Below, in pieces: positions 25,841 to 35,559 of a stretch of 64,000 nt of DNA; positions within the stretch are counted from its first letter, which is position 1; each line of letters opens with the position of its first letter. This DNA is from an uncultured virus (IMG/VR IMGVR_UViG_3300025408_000002). Taxonomy: Duplodnaviria; Heunggongvirae; Uroviricota; Caudoviricetes. Location of the stretch: IMG/VR virus record IMGVR_UViG_3300025408_000002; one strand, 5' to 3'. Made by a program: the position numbers and the translations under genes. The notes beneath the pieces are model-generated. The model was not told where the DNA came from and did not search any database. It saw only the letters and a program-made list of their open reading frames with translations.

Positions 25841-26434
25841 ATGAAAAACAGCACGCTGATCGTAATAGCACTGATTGTCGCCCTGATTGTGGCCGTGGGT
25901 TGGTTCTCGTACCAATACGGGCGCAAGAGCGTGGTTATCCCGCCGCATCCGACGCCGGCGGTGGTTGTGGAGACGGTGGAGCTTCCCGGCCAGATTGTAA
26001 AGGTGCCGTATGCGGTGCCTGGAGATAGCAGCGCGCTCGCTGAGCGCCGGGCAAAGCTCGACGCATGGGAAATGGAGCTGCGCCGCGTGGCGGACAGCAT
26101 CGGCGTGTATGGCGCACTCTACGTGGAGGCGGACACAACCCTGCCCCGCGAAATCACCATTGAAACGGTGGACGAGGACGGCAACGTGCGTCCACTGCAA
26201 ACACAGATCGTATTCGACAAGCTGAAACTGCGGTACGGCGTCCCGCCAATCGATTATCTCGCGCTGGTGGCTGGCAGTCTCAATGTGCGCGTTCCCCAAG
26301 CGGTCCTTTCAAACAACGAAGAAATCTCTTCCTCAACCTCCACTTGGGGTGATTTGTGGGACGCCTACCGCACTTTTTCCACCTGGACTGTGGCGCTCGC
26401 CATACTGGCGGGCATTTTATACATCGTCATCTGA
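25841..26434 (+). CDS. Membrane protein, possibly spanin-like
   Basis: N-terminal and C-terminal TM helices; lysis cluster position. Confidence 0.5.
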   Translation: MKNSTLIVIALIVALIVAVGWFSYQYGRKSVVIPPHPTPAVVVETVELPGQIVKVPYAVPGDSSALAERRAKLDAWEMELRRVADSIGVYGALYVEADTTLPREITIETVDEDGNVRPLQTQIVFDKLKLRYGVPPIDYLALVAGSLNVRVPQAVLSNNEEISSSTSTWGDLWDAYRTFSTWTVALAILAGILYIVI

Positions 26435-26452
26435 ACCCCGTGGAGGACTCAC

Positions 26453-26887
26453 ATGCGCTTTTTATTCATCCCTTCGTGGCGCTGGCTCGGCTTCGTGGCC
26501 GTGCTGCTGTTCATGCCCATGCTCGCGGTTTTCGCGCAGGAGAGCGTTATCCCCGAGCAATCCCTGATCGGAAAGCTCGCCGAGCAGTTTCTCCCGCTGC
26601 TCATTCCCGTCATCACACCCGTGATCGTGGGGCTACTCAAATCCGTGCTATCGCGGTTCCTTGAGAGCGTGGACAAGAAGCTCTTGCGAGTGCTTGTCAT
26701 CATCATCGCGGGCGTGCTTGTCATTGTCGGCGACCTGTCCAATCTGTTCATGCTCAGCGAAATCTGGTGGGTGAAGGGTATCGTTGCCGTCATCCTCGGT
26801 GCTGCCGCCATCGGCTGCTACGAAGTGGTGAAGCCGTATCTACCGAGCTACGCACTCAGCCACGAACCCCGAACCACGCTGAAATGA
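26453..26887 (+). CDS. Holin-like multi-TM protein
   Basis: Several hydrophobic helices; GGAGG RBS; next to the peptidase-like gene. Confidence 0.55.
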   Translation: MRFLFIPSWRWLGFVAVLLFMPMLAVFAQESVIPEQSLIGKLAEQFLPLLIPVITPVIVGLLKSVLSRFLESVDKKLLRVLVIIIAGVLVIVGDLSNLFMLSEIWWVKGIVAVILGAAAIGCYEVVKPYLPSYALSHEPRTTLK

Positions 26888-27381
26888 AAGATTTCGGCGC
26901 ATACTTCGTGCCGGAAGGCACTTCGGAAGTGCTGACGCACTACGGACCCCCGAACGTAGCGCGTAGCCGCGACGGTGTGGTGACATTGCCCGCACCCGTC
27001 AGTGGATTTCGGGAGCTGCGTTGCAACGAAAAGGCACAATTCGGCATACAGGCATTCATTGACTGGATCGACAAGTACGGGCTCTGGCACTGCATCCGTT
27101 TCCTCGGGCCGTGCTACGATTCCGCGGTGGAGGGTGTGCCACCCGGACCGGGCATGCACGCGCATGGCGCGGCCCTCACGTTCAACCTGCCGTTCAATCC
27201 CCACGGATCGACGCCGGCGAAGCAGATGGCGCCCAACATCGCCAAACGCGAGGAACCGGGCGCAATCTTCTTTCCATCGCATCCGATTGTGGTGGAAGCG
27301 AAGAAGCGCGGCTTTTCCTGGGGTGGTGACAACGAACTCTTCCCGCAGCCGGCGGAATTCCGGCTTGGAGTGTTCCCATGA
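26884..27381 (+). CDS. M15-family peptidase-like endolysin (atypical active site)
   Basis: GMHAHGAALTFN...GFSWGGD resembles SxHxxGxAxD...WGG of M15 D,D/L,D-peptidases. Confidence 0.55.
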   Translation: MKDFGAYFVPEGTSEVLTHYGPPNVARSRDGVVTLPAPVSGFRELRCNEKAQFGIQAFIDWIDKYGLWHCIRFLGPCYDSAVEGVPPGPGMHAHGAALTFNLPFNPHGSTPAKQMAPNIAKREEPGAIFFPSHPIVVEAKKRGFSWGGDNELFPQPAEFRLGVFP

Positions 27382-27611
27382 GTGACGAAACCGGCAAAAT
27401 CAAAATGATCCCGCTGGACAGCAGCAACCTCGCCTCGGCGGGCTACGACCCCGAAAGCGAGGTGCTGCGCGTGCAGTTCCATAACGGCGCGGTGTGGGAA
27501 TACTCCGGCGTTCCCGAATCCAAGTTCATCGAACTGACCACGGCGCCGAGCGCGGGGCGATACTTCGCAGCGGCGATCCGAGGCGTGTACTCCGAACGTC
27601 GGGTCGCGTAG
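27378..27611 (+). CDS. KTSC domain protein
   Basis: DSSNLASAGYD...LRVQFHNGAVWEYSGVP...APSAGRYF...IRG. Confidence 0.92.
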   Translation: MSDETGKIKMIPLDSSNLASAGYDPESEVLRVQFHNGAVWEYSGVPESKFIELTTAPSAGRYFAAAIRGVYSERRVA

Positions 27612-27619
27612 AGGGAACG

Positions 27620-29617
27620 ATGAATGCGTTCCTTCTCCTGATACTGGCGGTTGTGATGCAAGCGGGCGTGCTCACACAAGGCGAAGTCGACCGGCTTACC
27701 GATCTATGCCGGGACGATCCCGCCTTGTTTGCGCGTCTGGCGCTGAAAATCGCACCGAAGGAGAAGCACACCACGGGGAACGTATCCTTGGAGTTCACGC
27801 CCATCCAGCAGCGCACAAACGCGCTGATGGAGCATTTGCGCGTGGACCTCAAGGTGCCCGAGCGCGTAATCAACGCCAAGGCCCGACAGGTGAAGCTCAC
27901 CACCTATTGGACCTCCCGCGCGTTCTGGTATCACTACTTCAGTACCGGACCCAGGCAAACCGACCTCATCGGCGACATCGCGGCCACCACGGATTCGATG
28001 TTCGCAATGTGGGACCGCTACTACGAAAACCTGCCGTACTACTTCGAGCGCCCCGTCTATTCCCGCGCTACCCACAAGTTCAAAGACACGAAAGCGTTTG
28101 TGAAGTGCCACACGGCACTCACGCCGAACAAGCGACCGGCGCAGGGTACAACCTCGTCGTCCGTGGTGGCAACGGAAGTCCCGTATTTCGAGCGTGGCGA
28201 GGAATTGCTTCTCGCCATGCTCAATGCGGTGCCGCGGTTGCCAGGCACGTTGGTGGTGCTCGAAGGGACAGCCAATGGCGCAAGCGGCGCATTTTACGAG
28301 CGCTGGCTCGATGCCATCAACCATGTGGATGATTTGTGCCGTCTCTACGGCGCGAAAGACCTCTACGACCTGCTTTGGAATCACAGCGGATGGGGCGACA
28401 AGCCGGACCACAACGGCGAAACGCATCCGCTGGGCTATTGGGACGGCTCGTTCCTGCCGTTGTTCTACGGGTGGTGGGAGAACCCGGAGTACACCCGTCC
28501 GGCACGCCTCGAGAACGTGACCGATGCCACACTCACCGACGAAGAGCAGGAAATCAAGGCCACGTATGGGCTGACCAACGATCAGATGGCGTGGCGCCGG
28601 GCAACGATCCGGGAGCAGTGCGGTAATTCCAAGAGGCGATTCCAGCAGGAATACCCCGCGCGCTGGCAAGAAGCCTTCCTCATGTCCGGCTCGCCGGTGT
28701 TCGATCCCGAGTTGGTGGATAAGCACCTCACGCGCACCACCGTTCTTGCGCAATCCTACTCCGTGCAGCAGACCGCGCGCGGGGAGAAGCGCATTCCCAT
28801 CATCCAAAGCGTAAACCTCGATTGGGCGCAGGATGAAGCGAGTTCGCATGTGGTGAACAGCTTCGCACCCGTCTACGACACCAACGGCCATTGCGTGAAC
28901 AAAGACCGGCTGAAGGTGCGTGCATGGGCAGACAGTCACGGATGGATACTCATGCGGCACAAGCCGCGTCCAGGATGGAACTACCGCTACGTGATCGGTG
29001 CCGACGTGGCCGAGGGATTGGAGCAGGGCGATTACAGCACGGCATTCGTGATGGATCGCGTGGATATGACATTCCCCGCGTTTGTGCGCGTGCATGCGTC
29101 CGAAGAGCAATTCGCGCTGATGCTGGCAAAGCTCGGTCTCTGGTACGGCAGGGCAGGGATCCTTGTGGAGCGGAACAAGGGCGGCGGCGGCAGCGAAGTC
29201 ATCAACAACCTTCGGAAAATCTACGACCGCGTGCTGTCCGGCGTGCGCTTCCACGACGGGAAAGACCTCGTGGACAAAAAATTGGGATGGCTCACCACGC
29301 ATGAGAGCAAGATCGTGCTGGTGGGCGCCATACAATCGTATCTCGAACAGAACCCGAGCGGGCTGTACTTCTCGCAACCGTGGCTCGAGTTCACCACGTT
29401 CACGCGCGAACCCAACGGCGCGATGGGTGCGGAGGGCAAGCGCTTGAAACCAGGTGTGAAAGCATTCGATGATAGCGTTATCGGCCTGGGTGTGACCTTC
29501 ATGGCGCACAGGGTTGAAGTGCCGCCGGTGGAGATCGCGCGGCATGATGTGATACAGCAGCAGCAGAAACGCGAATCCGGCACAGTGCGCCGGCTTTACG
29601 ATGTAAACTTCTCGTAG
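27620..29617 (+). CDS. terL: Terminase large subunit
   Basis: KARQ Walker A-like, VVATEVPYF Walker B-like, LEGTANG, FQQEYP, nuclease YVIGADVAEG...GDYS, FDDSVIG. Confidence 0.92.
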   Translation: MNAFLLLILAVVMQAGVLTQGEVDRLTDLCRDDPALFARLALKIAPKEKHTTGNVSLEFTPIQQRTNALMEHLRVDLKVPERVINAKARQVKLTTYWTSRAFWYHYFSTGPRQTDLIGDIAATTDSMFAMWDRYYENLPYYFERPVYSRATHKFKDTKAFVKCHTALTPNKRPAQGTTSSSVVATEVPYFERGEELLLAMLNAVPRLPGTLVVLEGTANGASGAFYERWLDAINHVDDLCRLYGAKDLYDLLWNHSGWGDKPDHNGETHPLGYWDGSFLPLFYGWWENPEYTRPARLENVTDATLTDEEQEIKATYGLTNDQMAWRRATIREQCGNSKRRFQQEYPARWQEAFLMSGSPVFDPELVDKHLTRTTVLAQSYSVQQTARGEKRIPIIQSVNLDWAQDEASSHVVNSFAPVYDTNGHCVNKDRLKVRAWADSHGWILMRHKPRPGWNYRYVIGADVAEGLEQGDYSTAFVMDRVDMTFPAFVRVHASEEQFALMLAKLGLWYGRAGILVERNKGGGGSEVINNLRKIYDRVLSGVRFHDGKDLVDKKLGWLTTHESKIVLVGAIQSYLEQNPSGLYFSQPWLEFTTFTREPNGAMGAEGKRLKPGVKAFDDSVIGLGVTFMAHRVEVPPVEIARHDVIQQQQKRESGTVRRLYDVNFS

Positions 29618-29625
29618 GTGCTACC

Positions 29626-31773
29626 ATGGCCCTGGGCGTAAAAGAAGTGCAGGAGATGTATGAAACCGCGGTGCGGCGCATGATGCCGCGCTGGGATTTC
29701 ATGCTCATGTGCTATGATGCCCTCGTCGGCCGCCAGTGGACGCAGAGCGAGGAGGAGTACTTCGAGAAGCACCACATCACCATGCGCACGTTCAATGTGC
29801 TGCACTCGCAGATTGTCACCCTCGACGGCGTGCAGATCGGGAGCATGCAGCTCGCGAAAACGTATCCGGTTGAACCCGGCGATTTCGACATCTCGGATGT
29901 GCTCACCGAAGTGATGCAGCACGAGCTGCGCGAGACCAACGCGGACGATGTTCTGCGCTCGGTCACTATGGACGCGGCTATCGCTGGTTGGGGATGGATG
30001 TACAAGGGTTTCCGCAAGACTCCGCGCTACATCGATGGTCAGATCGTGTGGGAGCGTTTGAACGGATTCGATTGCCTGGCCGACCTCGACGACGAGAACC
30101 CGTCCATCATGCTCGATATGTGGCGCGGTATCACGCGATGGGGAACGAGCGGATACATCGGGCAGACCTACGGACACATGGAGGAAGGGCTGTCGGAGGA
30201 AATCCGCGGGCGTGCGTTGTCCGTATTTGGCCCCGAGGAAGTGGAAAAGCAGAATCGCACGTTCTGGAGTTCGTTCCAACGAGCCATCAGCAACCTCGGA
30301 TCGGTGCTGAACTCACGAAACAAGAAGGTGCGCTCCACCGATCCTTGGGACAAGAAATCGAACGATTACATCGACAAAACAGCGGGAATGCTGCGCACCA
30401 TCGAGATTCACTACCGCGTGCAAGCCACGCGCCTGGTGATTATCGATCCCGATGCCACCGAGCCGATTCAGATACCGGAGCAGTATCAGGAGGATACGCA
30501 GGAGAACCGCGAAGTGATCGGCCAGGCCTTGGCTTCCCTCGGGCTGGATGAAAGCGCCGTCCGCGAGCACCCATTCGAAGAATGGCGACAGTGCGCCGCG
30601 GTGCCGGGTCTGATGTCGGACGAACTTCTGTTCGATACCGCGTACACCGTGCAGGGACGCGGCTGCGCCATCGACATCCTTGAGGCGTTCAATTACGACC
30701 TTCGCAAGAACGAGCGCGGGAGCGTTGTTTCCCTCGCGCTGGATGCCCAGCGGCGCATGAACCGCGCCATGTCCTTGCAGGAAGAGTGGGTGAAGCGCCG
30801 CCAATTCCCTGATGTGATCGCGGCGAAGGGCCAGATTCCGGTGGAAGAGTTGCAAACGTGGAAGAGTCACGAGATGGGCCGCGTGCTTCTGTGGGATCCG
30901 CAAGGCAATCCGGGAATGCAGCCGCCCAGGTTCAATGACGCGCCGGGCGCGGAAAGTCTCATCAACCTCGATTTCTCCATCAATCTCGACCTGATTCCGC
31001 GTCTCACCGGCGTGCCTCTGGCGCTCGCCGGCGAGAAGGACGCGAAGAAGGACGGCGCGGACCTGTACCAGAGCATGGTTGCGCAGGCCCAAACCCTCAT
31101 GCGGCCGCTTATGCAGCAGGTGCAGACGTTCTACAAAAATTCCTGCGGTTACACGCTGGACACCATCCAGCGGCACTACACGGCCAAGCGCTGGATTCGC
31201 ACGACGGGGAAGAAGGGTGTTATATCGCCGGAATCGGGCGGATTCTACATCAACGATTGGGACTATATGGCTGATCGCCCGATCAACGACCTCGACATCG
31301 GCAGATACGATGTGGTGGTGGATACGGGCCCGCTCACGCCGGCGCAACGGGAATTGAAATTCCGCGAGCGCGTGCAATTCCTCGGCGCCTTCGATCCTCT
31401 GTTGCGCGAGTTCTCCTTCCCCGAACTGCTTGAGCTGTCGGGATGGTCGGACGCGCCGGAGTTGCTGCGGAAGTGGCGCGTGGTAATCAAGTTCAAGTAT
31501 GCCCCATACGGCGACATCCTTCTGCAGATGCTCGAGGATGAGGATGCGTTCGCGAACAACATGCAGAACGGCAGTATCGATAACGCGGTGCTGGCGGGTT
31601 TGCGCGATATGCTCATGCAGACGGGCGGGAATGGGCTGGGCGATATGCGGAGCGCGCTGTCCATGCGCGGAATGATGAATGGTGGGGTGATCGGCGGCGG
31701 TGCGCAGCCGAACCCCGCAGATAACATGCTGCCGGAAGCGGCGGGGATGAGTAGACAGGGGGTTATGCAATGA
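29626..31773 (+). CDS. Portal protein (P22-like)
   Basis: 715 aa after TerL; GRQW, GWGW, INDLDIGRYDVVVDTGP...QRE. Confidence 0.85.
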   Translation: MALGVKEVQEMYETAVRRMMPRWDFMLMCYDALVGRQWTQSEEEYFEKHHITMRTFNVLHSQIVTLDGVQIGSMQLAKTYPVEPGDFDISDVLTEVMQHELRETNADDVLRSVTMDAAIAGWGWMYKGFRKTPRYIDGQIVWERLNGFDCLADLDDENPSIMLDMWRGITRWGTSGYIGQTYGHMEEGLSEEIRGRALSVFGPEEVEKQNRTFWSSFQRAISNLGSVLNSRNKKVRSTDPWDKKSNDYIDKTAGMLRTIEIHYRVQATRLVIIDPDATEPIQIPEQYQEDTQENREVIGQALASLGLDESAVREHPFEEWRQCAAVPGLMSDELLFDTAYTVQGRGCAIDILEAFNYDLRKNERGSVVSLALDAQRRMNRAMSLQEEWVKRRQFPDVIAAKGQIPVEELQTWKSHEMGRVLLWDPQGNPGMQPPRFNDAPGAESLINLDFSINLDLIPRLTGVPLALAGEKDAKKDGADLYQSMVAQAQTLMRPLMQQVQTFYKNSCGYTLDTIQRHYTAKRWIRTTGKKGVISPESGGFYINDWDYMADRPINDLDIGRYDVVVDTGPLTPAQRELKFRERVQFLGAFDPLLREFSFPELLELSGWSDAPELLRKWRVVIKFKYAPYGDILLQMLEDEDAFANNMQNGSIDNAVLAGLRDMLMQTGGNGLGDMRSALSMRGMMNGGVIGGGAQPNPADNMLPEAAGMSRQGVMQ

Positions 31774-33191
31774 ACTTCGACGAGCTTCTTGGAACCTTCT
31801 TCGCCAATGCGGCGGGAGCTGACGCCGCCGGCGGTGATCCGCCGGGGAAGGGTGCGCGGTCGGTGCCAGTGTTGCCGTTGACCAATCAAGCGATGATTGG
31901 AGCCGGTCTCGGCACTGCATATCCCGCCTCGGAAAACTTCAAATATGTTCCCACTAAGTCTGCCGATCCCGCGAAAGACGCTGCAATGCAACTGTGGAGT
32001 CGCAACAAAGGCGCATACGGCGAGGATGTGACAAATGTCCGCAGCGCTGCGGCGAGACAGGCGGAAGCGGCGAGAGCGGAGGAGGAAGCAAAGCGGAAAG
32101 CCGCGTTGAATCGGATTAACAAAGGAGAAAAGCCGTCTGGAGCCAATTCGCGGCCGGACCCCAACAAGTTCAATGCCGCTGGGATCTACAATTCAATGAT
32201 GCGCGATCTGGTGCCGACGGGAAGCACCCGATGGGGCCAAACTTCCGTGCCATATGGCGCAGTGATGACCGCTGCCTACGGAGATAAAAACGCAAAATTG
32301 ATTATAGAATCGCTCAAAAAGTTATACGAAAACGCAAGCGGAGGAGCGCTTGCTTCCTTGGATATTACCAAGCCCACTAAGGTGACCGCTGCGTTCCCTG
32401 CAAACAAGCAACAGGAATCGGCACTCGCGTGGCAGGACGATGCAGGTGTTCAACTCTCAATGCCAAAGCTTGATGAATTTGCTCTTTGGCAGAGCGAATA
32501 TCCGGATCAGCCGAGAAAGAATGCGGTCGGAAGGAATCTAAGTGATACGGTCCGTGAAGAACTGATTCATCAGACAGAAACCGATGCAAACCATGCAAAC
32601 AAATTTAATGACTGGAACATCTTCACGCATCGGAACAACGGAAACGACTACACTTATGCGTCATATAAAAATGATGCAATACCGGAATCTGCATTCACGG
32701 AACAACCACTTTTATCTATCGACGGAGTTCCGCATTTCTCGCCATTTATCGACAGTAATAGTCCTGGGAACCTGCAATTGTATCCGGCACGCGCCGAAGA
32801 AGCCAGAGCCAAGCTCGTAAAAGTAGCACAATCGTTGGGCTATCACCCATTGCTGCATGAAAGGGGGATCGACGCAGGAGTTGATGCTCTGATTTCCAAA
32901 ATGACGACCAAGGCAATTGATGAAGGACTGATACGGCGTAACAAAGCTGGGGTTTTCTCCTTTGATTTTCCCAAAAACAGCCCAAGCTCCACTCAGGGCG
33001 ATCTTCGCGACCTAATGTATTATCTGTACAAGGTTAAAGAGGCGGAAAACATGCCCGGCGAAAACGGCCCAACTCATCCGTATAATCGAATGCGTGAATT
33101 TATGAAGCGCGTTTTTCTGAATTGGGCAGAAGCGCCAACTCAGAACCCTGACGCGAACCCGCTCGGTATCAATCTCCCTCGTTTAGGATAG
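31770..33191 (+). CDS. Hypothetical protein, possible zincin-like domain
   Basis: 473 aa; Ala-rich N-terminus and AT-richer C-terminal half with REELIH. Confidence 0.5.
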   Translation: MNFDELLGTFFANAAGADAAGGDPPGKGARSVPVLPLTNQAMIGAGLGTAYPASENFKYVPTKSADPAKDAAMQLWSRNKGAYGEDVTNVRSAAARQAEAARAEEEAKRKAALNRINKGEKPSGANSRPDPNKFNAAGIYNSMMRDLVPTGSTRWGQTSVPYGAVMTAAYGDKNAKLIIESLKKLYENASGGALASLDITKPTKVTAAFPANKQQESALAWQDDAGVQLSMPKLDEFALWQSEYPDQPRKNAVGRNLSDTVREELIHQTETDANHANKFNDWNIFTHRNNGNDYTYASYKNDAIPESAFTEQPLLSIDGVPHFSPFIDSNSPGNLQLYPARAEEARAKLVKVAQSLGYHPLLHERGIDAGVDALISKMTTKAIDEGLIRRNKAGVFSFDFPKNSPSSTQGDLRDLMYYLYKVKEAENMPGENGPTHPYNRMREFMKRVFLNWAEAPTQNPDANPLGINLPRLG

Positions 33192-33239
33192 GCAGCCGCA
33201 ATCAGTAATATGACGTTCACCAAAGTAAATAATGCACCA

Positions 33240-33623
33240 TTACTCGTTGGCAATCTTTGCGCGCTGTGCGGGCGTGAGTCGGATTTTCTTGAGAGTCATC
33301 GTCCGGCTCTTATCGTAGATGGGTTCGACGACAACCGGACCGTCGCAGTCAGTGCAGATGTGATAGATCGGTATGTCCGCCATGGTCTTGCTCTCTGCCC
33401 ACGAGTCGTAGAGTTCCGGCTCTTCGCCATCCTCGATAATAGTGGGGCGATAGCGATAGTTCTTTTCGATCACTGTGTCGATTCGGCCACAGAAGATGCA
33501 AGGATCGTACACCAACGTGTCAATCCGGTATTCCGCCAAAGGGTCGGCGGGCTCTTTCGTCCCGCACCCCTCGATCACGAGCAGCGCGGCTATTGCGGCG
33601 ATGATGAGAATGGTGGTTTTCAT
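33240..33623 (-). CDS. Lipoprotein (moron)
   Basis: MKTTILIIAAIAALLVIEG-C lipobox; CIFC and CTDC. Confidence 0.7.
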   Translation of the reverse strand: MKTTILIIAAIAALLVIEGCGTKEPADPLAEYRIDTLVYDPCIFCGRIDTVIEKNYRYRPTIIEDGEEPELYDSWAESKTMADIPIYHICTDCDGPVVVEPIYDKSRTMTLKKIRLTPAQRAKIANE

Positions 33624-33633
33624 GGCGGTCTCC

Positions 33634-33996
33634 TCAGTGTGCGGCGTAGCGCCGTGCGAAGTCAATGTAATCGTTCGAGACGGGAATGTGGTAAATCTTC
33701 GGGCGAAAATCAAGCAGGTTCGCGGTGGTTTGGCCGGCGTAGTCCTGCACTTCGATATACCGAAGTTCCCCGCGGTGGTACACGTAGCACCACGCCATCA
33801 TGCGGTCGGGAGTACCTTTCCACACGAAGAGGGTATCGTGGCGCTCGACAACGCGATTGTAGCGATACGCCGTGCCAACGGTGGACTCCACGACAGGCGA
33901 GGCCTGCGGATCGTCAACCGGACGCGGCGGTACTTCATGGATGCGGGCGCATGCTCCCAGGGCCAGCGCGAGGATCAGAAGGGTTGGGCGTTTCAT
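33634..33996 (-). CDS. Lipoprotein (moron)
   Basis: MKRPTLLILALALGA-C lipobox; GAGGTG RBS. Confidence 0.7.
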   Translation of the reverse strand: MKRPTLLILALALGACARIHEVPPRPVDDPQASPVVESTVGTAYRYNRVVERHDTLFVWKGTPDRMMAWCYVYHRGELRYIEVQDYAGQTTANLLDFRPKIYHIPVSNDYIDFARRYAAH

Positions 33997-34086
33997 TGCG
34001 CACCTCACCGATTCGCGTGAAGCGCTCAACCATAGGCCATTCAACGCACGAAGGACAACACTGTTCCCAATTATGAGATAGCTGAT

Positions 34087-35475
34087 ATGGAAAAGGAAAA
34101 GTACACCAGAATCCCCGAGGAAAAACTCGCATTCGATCCCGAAGCGCAGAAAGCGTTGCAGGCTGGCTCGGTGGCATACCAAGCTTACTTGCGCAAGCTG
34201 AACGGCGAGGATGATGACGACGATGGCGCGGCGTCCCCTTCCGACCAGGGCCAAGGTCAGGAAGGCCACGACGATGCCGGCGGTGGCGAGGACCAGGGCG
34301 GGGAAGACAATGGATCGGCCGCCGACAACGGTTCCGGTCAGGACTCAGCCGAGGACGCGGACGAACTTGATCCCGTGTTCGACGAAACCGACTATGCGGC
34401 TTTCCGCAAGGCGGGGCTCGTCGACGAGAACGGGAAGTTCCTCTCCAAGTACAAAACGGTTGATGCCCTGCTCGCCGCCGTGAAGGCGAAGGATCAGGCG
34501 ATTTCATCGAAATTCGGTGATTGGATCAAGAACAATCCCGAAGAAGCGCGCGAACTGCTCGCCGACGCCGGTGCGATTGACGCAACCCCTGCACCGCAGG
34601 ACCGTCAGAAGCCGGGAGAAGGTCAGCAATCGGCGCAGGATGCCGCGAATGCGGCCGACGACGCCGGTGCCGCGAATTCGGGCGCCGATGTGTCCGTTGA
34701 AGAGTTTGTTGCCAAGACCTTGGAGACGATACCCACGACCGAGGCCATGCTCGCCGAAAAATATAAAGGCGAGTTGGAGGACGCCGGTCTCACCGTACCA
34801 ACCACGGCTCAGGAATGGCGTGACTTGGCGGATGTTGCACCGGGTCTGCACGCGGAAATGCGCGAGGCGTACCATGATCTCAAAGCCCAGCGCCAGCACG
34901 CGGAAGAACTCCTCCATCAGGCCGGACGAGCGCGGGCCGTGCGTATTGCGCAGCTTCCCACCTACGAGAAGCAGGTTATCGATCACGAGCGACAGGCATT
35001 GCTCGATGAAGGCATCCCCGATGCACTTATCGACAAGGCCATCAATGAAGTGCTCGCCCAGCGCAAGAACAACAAGGATGTCAACGAACTCTATTTCGAT
35101 GATCGCGACCAATTCGGGAATCGCATCTTCGCTCCCGCGCTCAAGCAAGGAGCCATCGCATTCCACCTGCGTAACGAGCATTTCACGGAGGTGGTGCAGG
35201 CGATGGGTGCGGAAGGCGCGAAGAGCAAGGCGCAGAAACGGCAGCAGCATTTCCAGGCGAAAGAACGCCGTGCCGGGTTGTTCCCGGCATCCCTCGCCGG
35301 TGTCCCCGGCGAAGGGCGCGACGTTCGCCGCGGTGTGAATGCACCGCAGCCGACACCCGAGCAGTACCGCGACTCCGAATGGCGTATGCAGAATCTGCGC
35401 ACGCAGAAGGATCGCGATGCGGCGAAAAACTGGATTGACTCGCTGCCGGAAGCCCGACGCAGCAAATACTACTGA
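34087..35475 (+). CDS. Capsid scaffolding protein
   Basis: Acidic low-complexity N-terminus, SKYKTVDALL, helical; directly before the capsid gene. Confidence 0.7.
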   Translation: MEKEKYTRIPEEKLAFDPEAQKALQAGSVAYQAYLRKLNGEDDDDDGAASPSDQGQGQEGHDDAGGGEDQGGEDNGSAADNGSGQDSAEDADELDPVFDETDYAAFRKAGLVDENGKFLSKYKTVDALLAAVKAKDQAISSKFGDWIKNNPEEARELLADAGAIDATPAPQDRQKPGEGQQSAQDAANAADDAGAANSGADVSVEEFVAKTLETIPTTEAMLAEKYKGELEDAGLTVPTTAQEWRDLADVAPGLHAEMREAYHDLKAQRQHAEELLHQAGRARAVRIAQLPTYEKQVIDHERQALLDEGIPDALIDKAINEVLAQRKNNKDVNELYFDDRDQFGNRIFAPALKQGAIAFHLRNEHFTEVVQAMGAEGAKSKAQKRQQHFQAKERRAGLFPASLAGVPGEGRDVRRGVNAPQPTPEQYRDSEWRMQNLRTQKDRDAAKNWIDSLPEARRSKYY

Positions 35476-35559
35476 GAACGATAACGGCAAGACAGTACCG
35501 AGCAATCGGTGTGGGGCAGGTCGCCGTGAAGCTACACAACTTCACAGGAGACCCAAACA

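Noticed and set aside
27704..31920. Long minus-strand ORFs (613 aa, 535 aa)
   Set aside because: Antisense shadows of terL and portal caused by high-GC codon bias
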